Positions 7,491 through 16,487 of a DNA stretch of 17,043 nt are shown here, piece by piece. The notes beneath the pieces were generated by a model. The model was not told the DNA's origin. It was given only the letters and a program-made list of their open reading frames with translations, and searched no databases. Positions within the stretch are counted from its first letter, which is position 1; each line of letters opens with the position of its first letter. The position numbers and the translations under genes were made by a program. This stretch comes from Candidatus Diapherotrites archaeon CG10_big_fil_rev_8_21_14_0_10_31_34 (lineage in GTDB: Archaea; Iainarchaeota; Iainarchaeia; Iainarchaeales; 1-14-0-10-31-34): positions 707 through 17,749 of the forward strand of contig PFAI01000056.1 in the NCBI GenBank assembly GCA_002763225.1. Reading direction: 5' to 3'.

Positions 7491-8264
7491 CTAGAAATTA
7501 AGATAACCTAAACTCCAAAGGACTATTAGAATTAAAATTATTAATAAAATAAATGACTGATACTTCCAGTTATGCAAAAGATTATGCATTAAATTTCCTG
7601 AAAAAGTATTTTTGACAACAAAATTAGCTGAATCAGAAATAACTGAAGTAGTATAATTAATCCAGGAAGAAGGAGACTTTAATTCATTTAATGTTTCTGA
7701 AGTGATTTCCCAGAAACCCAGTTCTCTTTCAGGAATTTCTTCTTCTAAAATAACTGAACCATCTACTCCGGAAACAGTGAACTGAAAAGTTTGTTCTTCA
7801 ACAGAAAAATCAATTATCCAGACAGGATACAAAACTTTTTTGATTGAATGAATTATCACATTATCTTTTCCTGTCCTCAAATGATGCGCTGTTTTAATCT
7901 GAACTATTTGCTCAATTTTTTCTGTTAACTCAAAAGATTTTTCTTCAAAAGGAATGTTTTCAGGAAGCTCTTCAATTTCTTTAACTAATTCATCTGATTC
8001 AGGAACAGAAATGCTTTCATCTAATTCTCCTGTCAAGCCGTTTAATGCAAGTTTTCCATTAGATGTGTCAGAAACAATTTTTTTGCCTTCTTCGTCTGAT
8101 TCAAAGAAAGCCTCAAAAGAATAAAAATAGTAGGGAACAAAAACGATTTTTACTTCAATTACTTCAAATTCAAACCAGTTTTTTTCCTCTAAAGTTTGTT
8201 TAATGAAATCTGTTGTTTCCTGTAAAGAAAAAGATAAAGGAAAAGAGTTTTCTTTTAACTTCAT
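7491..8264 (-). CDS. Acidic hypothetical protein with C-terminal transmembrane anchor (257 aa)
   Basis: ORF begins 9 bp after the sepF stop. It has a C-terminal hydrophobic stretch FILLIILILIVLWSLGYL and two related segments, VFVPYYFY...LNGLTGEL and VLYPVWII...VSGVDGSV. Confidence 0.88.
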   Translation of the reverse strand: MKLKENSFPLSFSLQETTDFIKQTLEEKNWFEFEVIEVKIVFVPYYFYSFEAFFESDEEGKKIVSDTSNGKLALNGLTGELDESISVPESDELVKEIEELPENIPFEEKSFELTEKIEQIVQIKTAHHLRTGKDNVIIHSIKKVLYPVWIIDFSVEEQTFQFTVSGVDGSVILEEEIPERELGFWEITSETLNELKSPSSWINYTTSVISDSANFVVKNTFSGNLMHNLLHNWKYQSFILLIILILIVLWSLGYLNF

Positions 8265-8273
8265 AATAAAAGA

Positions 8274-8630
8274 TTATTCTTTTCTCTTAATAATTTTAAC
8301 TTTTGCAGGAGTAACAAGAATTCTTTCAGTTGAAATCCTTGCAATGTCTCCATTTATTTCATCTGCAACATTTCTGATTTGTTTTACTAAGTCTCTTAAC
8401 TTGATTGCATTTCTTTTTGACAAATCTCCAATGTTTAACAGAATTATATTTCCTTTTCTTAATTCAGCTATAACCATTGCAGTGTCTTCGTCTCCAGTTA
8501 AAGAAATAGGTTTGACATATGCATCTGCATCTTCAACCATTGTTTCTTCTTCTACATCCAAGTTATTCAAAAATTCTTCTATATCCACATTATCTTCTTG
8601 TTTCTTGAACATTTTATCCATTAAACCCAA
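8274..8630 (-). CDS. sepF: Cell division protein SepF (archaeal type), ~118 aa
   Basis: YVKPISL...ELRKGNIILLNI...L+DLVKQIRNVADEINGDIARISTERILVTPAKVKI is the archaeal SepF core. The N-terminus is amphipathic (MGLMDKMFKK) and followed by an acidic linker. The start is reassigned to TTG 8630 because of an SD 4 nt upstream; ATG 8621 is the alternative. Confidence 0.92.
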   Translation of the reverse strand: MGLMDKMFKKQEDNVDIEEFLNNLDVEEETMVEDADAYVKPISLTGDEDTAMVIAELRKGNIILLNIGDLSKRNAIKLRDLVKQIRNVADEINGDIARISTERILVTPAKVKIIKRKE

Positions 8631-8634
8631 AAAT

Positions 8635-8643
8635 ATCACCCCT
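8635..8643 (-). promoter_or_regulatory. Shine-Dalgarno site of sepF
   Basis: Minus strand reads AGGGGTGAT-ATTT-TTG, close to the archaeal GGAGGTGAT consensus. Confidence 0.75.
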
Positions 8644-8685
8644 AAAAATAAACGAAATTCTACAATACTATCTGAAAAGAACATA

Positions 8686-8735
8686 TTTTAAAAGAATAGT
8701 TGAATCTTCAGAAAACAAACTAGTCTAATTTAAAT
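8686..8735. promoter_or_regulatory. Divergent promoter region sepF / cdc6 with candidate TATA boxes
   Basis: TTTAAAT at 8729-8735 starts 31 nt before the cdc6 ATG, consistent with a leaderless transcript. TTTTAAAA at 8686-8693 is suitably placed for sepF on the - strand. The AT-rich background lowers specificity. Confidence 0.45.
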
Positions 8736-8759
8736 CATTTTTCGTGCAAAGATTAATTT

Positions 8760-9968
8760 ATGCCAAACCTATTTGAAGCAGAATTAAAAAAAGAAAGCAT
8801 TTTCAAAGACAGAGATGCAATTTCTCAGCACTATTTTCCAAAAGAACTTCCGTTCAGGGAAAAACAAATTGAAGAAATAACAAAAATTTTAACTCCTGCA
8901 TTAAAAGGAAAAAAACCAGATAATTTATTTTTGTACGGAAAAGTAGGAACAGGAAAAACAACTGTAACTTTTCATGTAATAAAACAATTAGAAGATTTTG
9001 TTAAACAAAATAATGCTAAAGTTGCATGCACTTACATTAACTGCAGAAACCATAACTCTAAATACAAGGTTTTGATTAAAGGAATAAAAAAATTTTATCC
9101 AGACGAAAATTTTATTGGTTATTCAGCAGGATTTATTCAGGAAAAACTAATTGATTACTGTAAAAAAGAAAATCAGATTGTATTGATTTTAGATGAAATA
9201 GATAAAGTAAAAGATGTAGATGAATTAGTTTATTCTTTAAGCAGAAGCAATGACGAAATAGAAAAAGGAAGCATTTCAATTATTGGAATTTCAAATAATT
9301 TAATGTTTAAAGAAAAACTTGATGCCAGAACTAAAAGCTCTTTATGCGAAAAAGAAATGGTTTTTCCGCCGTATAACGCAGAAGAATTAAGGGCAATACT
9401 ACAGGCAAGAGTTGAATTAGCTTTTTTTCCTAATGCAGTGGCAGATTCAGCAATAAACCTGGCTGCAGCAATTGCTGCACAAGAATCAGGTGACGCAAGA
9501 ACTGCAGTAATGCTTTTGATGAGAGCAGGAGAAATAGCTGAAAGCAGTAAAGCAAAAAAAGTAACTGACTTGGAAGTACAAAAAGCAAAAAAGAAAGTAG
9601 AAGAAGACATTATTTTTAACATGGTTTCAACTCTGCCGGAACAACAGCAATTAGTTTTAAAGGCAATAGCAGTTCTTTCAATGAGCACTAAAGGAATAAG
9701 AAAAATTACCGGAAAAGAAGAAGCAGGCGTATTGTATTCAGGAGAAGTATATGAAAAATACAAGCAATTAAGTTTAGCATTAAAAGAAACCAGCGTGAGT
9801 TCAAGATGGTACAGGCAGTATATTAATGAATTAGAAACTTATGGATTGATTTTAACTTCTGCTTCCGGTCCTGGAATAAAAGGACAAACCAAATTAATCA
9901 AACTTGGTTTTGACCCGGAAAAAATTAATTCAATTTTAGAAACAGAAATTAAAGGCAGTGAAAATTAA
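8760..9968 (+). CDS. cdc6: Orc1/Cdc6 replication initiator (AAA+ ATPase + winged helix), 402 aa
   Basis: LPFREKQIEEI, Walker A GKVGTGKT, YINC, Walker B LILDEID, sensor I IGISN, FPPYNAEEL, sensor II GDAR, and a C-terminal winged helix (SGEVYEKY...INELETYGLI). Confidence 0.97.
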   Translation: MPNLFEAELKKESIFKDRDAISQHYFPKELPFREKQIEEITKILTPALKGKKPDNLFLYGKVGTGKTTVTFHVIKQLEDFVKQNNAKVACTYINCRNHNSKYKVLIKGIKKFYPDENFIGYSAGFIQEKLIDYCKKENQIVLILDEIDKVKDVDELVYSLSRSNDEIEKGSISIIGISNNLMFKEKLDARTKSSLCEKEMVFPPYNAEELRAILQARVELAFFPNAVADSAINLAAAIAAQESGDARTAVMLLMRAGEIAESSKAKKVTDLEVQKAKKKVEEDIIFNMVSTLPEQQQLVLKAIAVLSMSTKGIRKITGKEEAGVLYSGEVYEKYKQLSLALKETSVSSRWYRQYINELETYGLILTSASGPGIKGQTKLIKLGFDPEKINSILETEIKGSEN

Positions 9969-10196
9969 AAAATGTTTTTAAATCAAAAAAAACAGTGAAA
10001 ATTAAAAAATTGATCAAAAAACAATGAAAATTAAAAAAAGGTTTTTCTAAATAAAAAAAACAGGGAAACTTAAAAAAATGTTTTTATGAACTTTAAAAGC
10101 AGTAAAAAAAATACATAATATTAATCAAAAAAAAGCTTTTCTGAATCAAAAATCAGTGAAAAAAAATTAAAAAAAGCTTTTCTGAATCAAAAATCA
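9956..10196 (+). repeat. Degenerate tandem repeat array (six units, 29-54 bp) filling the cdc6 3' intergenic region
   Basis: Units start at 9956, 9993, 10022, 10061, 10100 and 10154, with approximate consensus CAGTGAAAATTAAAAAAAxGTTTTTxTxAATCAAAAA. An exact 28-bp direct repeat AAAAAAAGCTTTTCTGAATCAAAAATCA lies at 10128-10155 and 10169-10196. Confidence 0.8.
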
Positions 10197-13100
10197 ATTA
10201 GTAATGCAGTCTGATTCAACGAATAAATTATGTTCATCTTCAATTCCTGCATCAGCAATTACTTCTGATTCATTCCAGACAATATAAGTGAAATTTCCTT
10301 CATTTTTAAAACAGGCTTTTCCTTGGTCAACTAAATCAAACAAGTCTTTTAATGAATTAAGAGAATTAGAGGAATCCAATGAAATTGAATTTTGTTGAGA
10401 GTTAGTTGAATCACTTAAACCATCTTTTGAATACAATTTAACTGTAAAAGGATTATTGTTTTGGTTAGTAAAAGGAAGAATCTTTAAAGTGCGTGGAGGC
10501 GCATTTGAAGGAGAATAAACAATTGAAGTAAAAAAAGTTTTTCCTGTTTTTGAAGCATAATTCCAGTATAATTTAAATGCATTATCCAAGTTAGTTAAAT
10601 TAACTGAATCTGAATTATCTGCTTTTTGGTCAACATAAATATTGTTTTGAGTTGAATTTCCTTTAAAGTCAACACATTCTTTTCCTAAACCATTCCAAGT
10701 CAGTAAATTATCTGAAAGAATTTCTTCTCTTTCTTCTTCCAGAGAATTATAAATTGAATAATAAATCAATGCATTTCCTGTTTTATTTAAATCTGCTTCC
10801 ATTATCAAAGCAGTCGGAGTAGTTGGATAAAAATTCATTGTCCTTAATTTACTGGCATTATCTTTTGCAATCTCTAATAAAGCTGACTTATAAAAATTTT
10901 CATTTAAAGAAGCAAAATCATCGTGCTGGATTACTTGCAGCAGTTTATATCCGTCTAATTCAGAAGAAAAAATATTAAATCCTGCAGTTTCATTGACTTT
11001 AAACAATCCATCAGGAGATTGCACATCAAAGCTTGAACCATAATTAGCTCTTTTAAATTCGCTGTCCTTTAACCCTATTTTTCCGTCAAACGGAATATAA
11101 TAAAAAGCACTGTCTTCCAAGCCAGTTATTGACTCTAAATCAGCTGAAGATTGAATTAAATCAAGGTCAATGTCAATTCTGTTTTCTTCCACGCTAACAT
11201 TAACATCATACCATCCAGGAACTTTAATTTTTGAACCCCAAGAATTCTTTTCTTTATCAAAAACATTAACATTAATTTTTCCTTCAGCAAAATATTTTCT
11301 AACTAAATTATAATAATAGTCTTCCTGGTTTGTGTAGTCAGTTGGGGCATCAGCTAATGTGCTCATTGCCCATTCATCAAAGTCTTTAAAAAAAGCAGTT
11401 GATAAATTATCTGAAATTAATGTTGCTTTATAATGAAAGTTTCCTGTCTTATGTTCATCTTCTGCTTTAAATGCAAAAATTCTGTAAAATAATTCCATTG
11501 AAAATTGGGCTGCATCACAAAAAGTATAATCATTATATTCTGTAGTATCTTTGCCGCAGATTCCGTTTACTGTGTAATCGTCATTAATAATAAAAGAAGA
11601 AAAACTCCAGTCTAATTTTATTTTTGGGGGTTCACTGGAACATTGATCAGAAGAAATTTTTTCCCCTATATTGCATCCAATCCAAAAGCTTACATCAAAT
11701 TGGGAATCAGAACTATCATTTAATGCTCCTTCTCCAATGCATGCCTGTAAATTAAATGAATTTGACTCAATTTCTTTTGGAGCAGTTAAAATTGAAACAG
11801 TCAGAGGAATTGTTTTATTAAAATCTCTTCCTGCAGCAGAATATTCAACTAAAATTTCTCCTTCAAAATATTTGCTGGAATCAATTTCTTTTCCCTCAGA
11901 AGTTAAATTCAAAGTAAAATTAATGTCTTTGCCTGAATTAGTTATTGAACTGGAATAAATTGGAGGAACAGCTGAAACATAAACTGAACTTAAATCAAAG
12001 ACAATATCAGTTAAATTTAATTCAAGGAAATTTGAATCGCTTTTAAAGTTAAGGGTTTTAGTCTGAGAAAAAACTTCTGTCTCTAATTCAAACATATAAG
12101 TTAATTCATCTGGAACAACTGTTAAAGTGTCTTTTGAAAAAAGGATTTCAACTTTAAACGGAAGAACAATAAAATCAGGCATTCCATTTACATCAAAACT
12201 TAATTTGATTTCGCCTGACTCAATTTTTTCCTGATTAATGGTTGAAGCCGAAGAAGACAAAAAAGCAGTAAAATCAATTAATAACCCGTCAGAGTCAACA
12301 AGCCTGTTTTCCTGTAATTCAATTGAATCCTGCATTTTAGATAAATTAAGGTAAGTTGAATCAGAAAATAATTCAATTGAATTTATAGTTAATTCTGCTT
12401 CACCAATATTTTTTCTTTGCAGTTCAAATTGAGTTGCTTTAGAATCATCATCTGAAAACAAGGAAACTATAATAGGATTTGATGAATTAATATCCTGATT
12501 TGAATTTACTGGGAAAAACGCATTTAAATAATTTGATTCAACTCCTCCTGCAGCATTAATTACTATTGAAACAGGAATAATTTTTTCAAAATCAAATTCA
12601 TTTATTTTTATGTTCAAAATTAATTCAGAATTAATTGAAAGGTTTTCATTTAAGCCTGCTGTTTCGCCAGTGTCTAAAGCAAGATTTAGTTTAGTGATAA
12701 TTCCTTCAACAGTGAATTTTTCTCCATTCCATTCTCTAAATGATTGTTCAGAAAAGAATTCTGAATTAGAAGAAAAGTCAACTGAATAAGAGTCAATTTT
12801 TTGGTCAAGGAATCCTGCAGACAAATCAAAGAAATTAATTTCTTTTGTTTTAGTGCTTGAATCAATAGAAGAAAAATTAAATTTTAATGATTTAGGAGCA
12901 AAATCAAAAGTATTTATATCACTTACAGTAATTTCTTTAGAAGAAATAGTTCCATCAGGCAGTTCAACACTGATTTTAACTTTAGATAAAGGATATAAAG
13001 CAGGAATTCTTTCAGAACCATTAAACACAACTAAACCCAATGAATCTGTTTCCTGCGGAGAACGCAATTCTTTTTCTCCTGAAACAGAATCAGTTATTTC

Positions 13101-16100
13101 TAATATTACTGCCGCATCTTTTATTGGCTTTCCTTCAATATCCAGTAATTCTATTGTCAGGTTAGTTTCAGTGAAAGCAGAAATTTCTTCAGGGTCAATT
13201 AAAATATTAAAATTTGAGTCACCTCTTATTCTTAGTTCCTGATAGTTTTTATCTATTATTCCAGGGTCGGATAAAGCAGTTTTAATTGAAGGAATTTTAT
13301 TGTTGATTGTTTTAACTAATTTAATTGGAGTGAAATCGGCTTCAGAATAAATTAATCCTTTTTTTGTTAAATCAATTGTTTCCTGAATTATTCTTGAATC
13401 TGCGTTTCCAGTTAAATTCTGCTTTTTTGTTTTAATCAAAAAAGAATTAAATAAAAGCGCATCTAATTCGGCTCCTGCAACAGTGGAATTTTCAATAGAA
13501 AAATCAACTGAAGAATAATCTTCTTTGTTATTTAAAATCAAAGAAGAAAATTCATACGGACAATTTAATTTAACTTTTGAAACCGAACCCAAAGAAATTA
13601 CTTTACAGTCTGGTTCAGAAGACTTACTTGAAACTAGATAAGAATAACAAAAAGGCTTGTCACAAAAACTTAATTCCTGAATTTTAGTTTTAGAATAAGT
13701 ATATGCATTTAATGAAGTGAATTCTCTGTCGTCTTTTGGATCCAAATGGAATTCCGGTTCAGCAAAAGAATTTCCTACAGCCAAGGCCTTGAAAAACAAA
13801 ATTAAGTTATTTGCATCCAAAGTCTGTTTAGTTAACTGTTCTTTATTTAATTTAATTTCAACTGAAACAGTAAAAGCTGTTTCCTCAAAATCTCTTTTAT
13901 CAAAGTCATCAAATTCCACTAAAACTGCTTTTGAGTTCCCTTCAGTTAAATTAGCTGAATTTTCAAAATCAGTCTGATAGTTTCCTGTAAAAGACGTTGT
14001 TTTTAAAATCTGGGCTTCATCAGTAAAAGGATTATTAAAAGAAGAAATAAACAAAGAATCTTGCGCCATTGAAGTCCCTCTTCCTGTTCCAATCAAAAAA
14101 TTAAAATAAAACAAGTCAGGGTCAGGCGAAACAGCTAAAGTGAATTCAGCTGAATACACTTTATTTAAATCAATTAAATCAACTTTTTCTCCGTTTAAAT
14201 TATATAATCCATTAAAATGAATTTCAACAGCTTCTCCTAACTGAGGCAAAGCAATGTTAACTGTTGCCCTTGTTTTTGCTTTAACAACAAAATTCTTTGA
14301 ACGAGTAACATGATAACCTTGTTTTGAAATTATTGCATAATAAGAGCCTTCATCAAAAGAATAAACATCATTTTTTTCATCAAAAACAAAATCTGATTCA
14401 GGAACTTTAATCAAAGACAAAGCATTAAAGAATTCAACTTCAAAGCCAGTTAGTTTAGCAGAAGAATTTAATTTAGTTACATTTAATTTAACTGTTCCCC
14501 TTACTTTTTTCATTCCGACTTCAAAGTTTACAAGCCTGTTTTTATCAATGTTTTTTGAATCAGAAATTCCTTTTTGTTCATTAGTTATTGCTTCAGCATA
14601 ATAATTTCCCGGAGAAATTCCTGTAATCACTGCTTCTCCTGTAAAACCAATTGAACTGGAATAAGAATTAATCCTGTAATCCTTTAATGCACCTGAACCA
14701 AACCTTAAATACACTTTTCCGACAGAAGCAGGGTTTCCGTCTTCATCAAAAACTTTTATTTCAGCGGTTCCGGAATTAGCAGGAGTAAATTTAACTAATT
14801 CAACAGTCAAAGAACTTCCTTTATTCAGGATTTCTGTTTCATCAAAATAAACCATGTAGCCTGAACTAGAAACTATTACAGTAAAATCTTTGTCTTCTGA
14901 AACAGCAAAAGAAACATTAGAACCTTGTTTTAAAGCAATAAACTCAAATCTATTGTCTTTTTTTTGCAGTAATTCAATAGTTGATTCAACCAGAGTCTTT
15001 GAAGCTGAATCAATTACTTTAACTGAAATCAAGCCATTTAAATCTCCTTGAGTTAATTTAGTGCAGGTTACTCCAAAAGTTATTTGTCCTTCTTCAGTTA
15101 ACTCTTTTTCAGCTGAATCACTGCAAGAATATTCCGGAATTGCATCTGGATCAAAAACAGAAATAAAATAAGTTCCTGGATCCATTGAAAAATCTTTTAT
15201 TCCATCAAAAACTGAAACTGAATCAAATGCACTTAAAGGACTGGAATCTCCTTCTTCAAACAAAGAAAACTTCATTTTTTTCTGAATAAAGTCTCCTTCT
15301 TCATCATAGATTTTAATATGAATTGTTCCTTTTGAACCATTCTCTTTTCTGGTTAAAACTATTATTTTGTTTTCAGCCAAAACCTGTTTATCTATTTTTT
15401 CATATTCAGTTGACTCAACACTAACTAAAACATTACCACATGAATCTTTTGTTTTAATCTGAATTAAACCAGTAGTGGTAGTTGAAGTCAAAGAACTTTC
15501 TCCTACAACTTCAATTTCATTTTGAGCTGAACACTTAAATGAAACCCTTAAAAATTCTGTTACAGTTCTTCCGCTTTCGCTTCCCTCTTTAAACCTTATT
15601 GTTTTACTGCTCCACCCTGAATCAATTACTGGCTTCTTTTTTAATTCAATTTCAAAAGAGTTTTCTTTTTCTGCAGTAACAAAAGATTTATTGAAATCCT
15701 CGTATTGAGGGACATCATTTACTTCAACTTTGACTTTAGAGCCTATAATTAAATTCTCTAAAGTAATCTGGGCATTTTTGTCAGTTGTAATTGTTCTTTT
15801 ATTTCCTTCAACCCATACGTTAATTTTATAGCCAGACATTATTTCAGTTGAATTCTCTTTAGTTAAAGTTAAAACTAATTTTCCTGTTTGATCTGAAGGA
15901 GGAAACACAAAAAAAGATAAAAGTAAAATCAACAAAACCAGAATTATTCCTAAAAACAATAAAAATGAAGGGACAATATTGTCTATCGGGTCAATTACTT
16001 TATACACAGGAATTTTTTCGTTTACTTTATCCAAAAAATTGTAATAACCATCTTCCAAAGAATAATAAAAAGCCATTAATTTATCTTTCAAACTTCCATC

Positions 16101-16487
16101 AGATTCGTTTAAGCCTGATTTAGATTCTTTTGCTCCTGCACCGGATTTAAAAGAAGTTCCTTTTTCTTGCGATAAAAAGTCTTTTTTTTCTTCTGTTTTA
16201 GTTTGTTCAGTGAAAGCAAACTTTCCTTGTTTTTCTGAGTTAGTTTCCAGCTCTTTTTTTGGTTTTTTTCTTAAAAAAGAAAAAAAATCTTTTTTTGGCT
16301 GCTGTGATTTAACCTGTTCTTTTGCAAGCTTTTTTAGTTCTTGTTTTTGTTTTTTTATTTCCCTGTTCTCTGTTTTTTGTAACCCGAAGTTTTGCTTTTC
16401 TGTTTCACTGCTTTTGGATTTATTTTCGGGAATTGGTTTTTTCTTTACTAATCCTTTTAATGCATTTAATTCGTCTTTAATGCTCAT
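10194..16487 (-). CDS. Giant membrane-anchored cell-surface protein (~2,097 aa) with tandem beta-sandwich domains
   Basis: Uninterrupted ORF with a K/E-rich N-terminus and a single TM helix (FLLFLGIILVLLILLLSFFVF, ~15903-15970). The long S/N/T/D-rich region has carboxypeptidase-regulatory/prealbumin-like patterns (IKVFDEDGNP...ITGISPGNYYAEA; GSYYAIISKQGY; LLDIEGKPIKDAAVIL...TDSLGLVVF) and a Cys-containing C-terminal region. The start is set to ATG 16487 because of SD GAGGT 7 nt upstream and an ATGA overlap with the upstream stop. Confidence 0.9.
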   Translation of the reverse strand: MSIKDELNALKGLVKKKPIPENKSKSSETEKQNFGLQKTENREIKKQKQELKKLAKEQVKSQQPKKDFFSFLRKKPKKELETNSEKQGKFAFTEQTKTEEKKDFLSQEKGTSFKSGAGAKESKSGLNESDGSLKDKLMAFYYSLEDGYYNFLDKVNEKIPVYKVIDPIDNIVPSFLLFLGIILVLLILLLSFFVFPPSDQTGKLVLTLTKENSTEIMSGYKINVWVEGNKRTITTDKNAQITLENLIIGSKVKVEVNDVPQYEDFNKSFVTAEKENSFEIELKKKPVIDSGWSSKTIRFKEGSESGRTVTEFLRVSFKCSAQNEIEVVGESSLTSTTTTGLIQIKTKDSCGNVLVSVESTEYEKIDKQVLAENKIIVLTRKENGSKGTIHIKIYDEEGDFIQKKMKFSLFEEGDSSPLSAFDSVSVFDGIKDFSMDPGTYFISVFDPDAIPEYSCSDSAEKELTEEGQITFGVTCTKLTQGDLNGLISVKVIDSASKTLVESTIELLQKKDNRFEFIALKQGSNVSFAVSEDKDFTVIVSSSGYMVYFDETEILNKGSSLTVELVKFTPANSGTAEIKVFDEDGNPASVGKVYLRFGSGALKDYRINSYSSSIGFTGEAVITGISPGNYYAEAITNEQKGISDSKNIDKNRLVNFEVGMKKVRGTVKLNVTKLNSSAKLTGFEVEFFNALSLIKVPESDFVFDEKNDVYSFDEGSYYAIISKQGYHVTRSKNFVVKAKTRATVNIALPQLGEAVEIHFNGLYNLNGEKVDLIDLNKVYSAEFTLAVSPDPDLFYFNFLIGTGRGTSMAQDSLFISSFNNPFTDEAQILKTTSFTGNYQTDFENSANLTEGNSKAVLVEFDDFDKRDFEETAFTVSVEIKLNKEQLTKQTLDANNLILFFKALAVGNSFAEPEFHLDPKDDREFTSLNAYTYSKTKIQELSFCDKPFCYSYLVSSKSSEPDCKVISLGSVSKVKLNCPYEFSSLILNNKEDYSSVDFSIENSTVAGAELDALLFNSFLIKTKKQNLTGNADSRIIQETIDLTKKGLIYSEADFTPIKLVKTINNKIPSIKTALSDPGIIDKNYQELRIRGDSNFNILIDPEEISAFTETNLTIELLDIEGKPIKDAAVILEITDSVSGEKELRSPQETDSLGLVVFNGSERIPALYPLSKVKISVELPDGTISSKEITVSDINTFDFAPKSLKFNFSSIDSSTKTKEINFFDLSAGFLDQKIDSYSVDFSSNSEFFSEQSFREWNGEKFTVEGIITKLNLALDTGETAGLNENLSINSELILNIKINEFDFEKIIPVSIVINAAGGVESNYLNAFFPVNSNQDINSSNPIIVSLFSDDDSKATQFELQRKNIGEAELTINSIELFSDSTYLNLSKMQDSIELQENRLVDSDGLLIDFTAFLSSSASTINQEKIESGEIKLSFDVNGMPDFIVLPFKVEILFSKDTLTVVPDELTYMFELETEVFSQTKTLNFKSDSNFLELNLTDIVFDLSSVYVSAVPPIYSSSITNSGKDINFTLNLTSEGKEIDSSKYFEGEILVEYSAAGRDFNKTIPLTVSILTAPKEIESNSFNLQACIGEGALNDSSDSQFDVSFWIGCNIGEKISSDQCSSEPPKIKLDWSFSSFIINDDYTVNGICGKDTTEYNDYTFCDAAQFSMELFYRIFAFKAEDEHKTGNFHYKATLISDNLSTAFFKDFDEWAMSTLADAPTDYTNQEDYYYNLVRKYFAEGKINVNVFDKEKNSWGSKIKVPGWYDVNVSVEENRIDIDLDLIQSSADLESITGLEDSAFYYIPFDGKIGLKDSEFKRANYGSSFDVQSPDGLFKVNETAGFNIFSSELDGYKLLQVIQHDDFASLNENFYKSALLEIAKDNASKLRTMNFYPTTPTALIMEADLNKTGNALIYYSIYNSLEEEREEILSDNLLTWNGLGKECVDFKGNSTQNNIYVDQKADNSDSVNLTNLDNAFKLYWNYASKTGKTFFTSIVYSPSNAPPRTLKILPFTNQNNNPFTVKLYSKDGLSDSTNSQQNSISLDSSNSLNSLKDLFDLVDQGKACFKNEGNFTYIVWNESEVIADAGIEDEHNLFVESDCITN

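Noticed and set aside
8631..8684. Longer SepF N-terminus from ATG 8684
   Set aside because: The extension contains the SD (GGGGTGAT) positioned for TTG 8630, and MGLMDKMF fits the amphipathic SepF N-terminus.
9956..10196. 37-41 bp periodic repeats as a CRISPR array
   Set aside because: The units are degenerate, low-complexity and abutting, with no repeat-spacer alternation.
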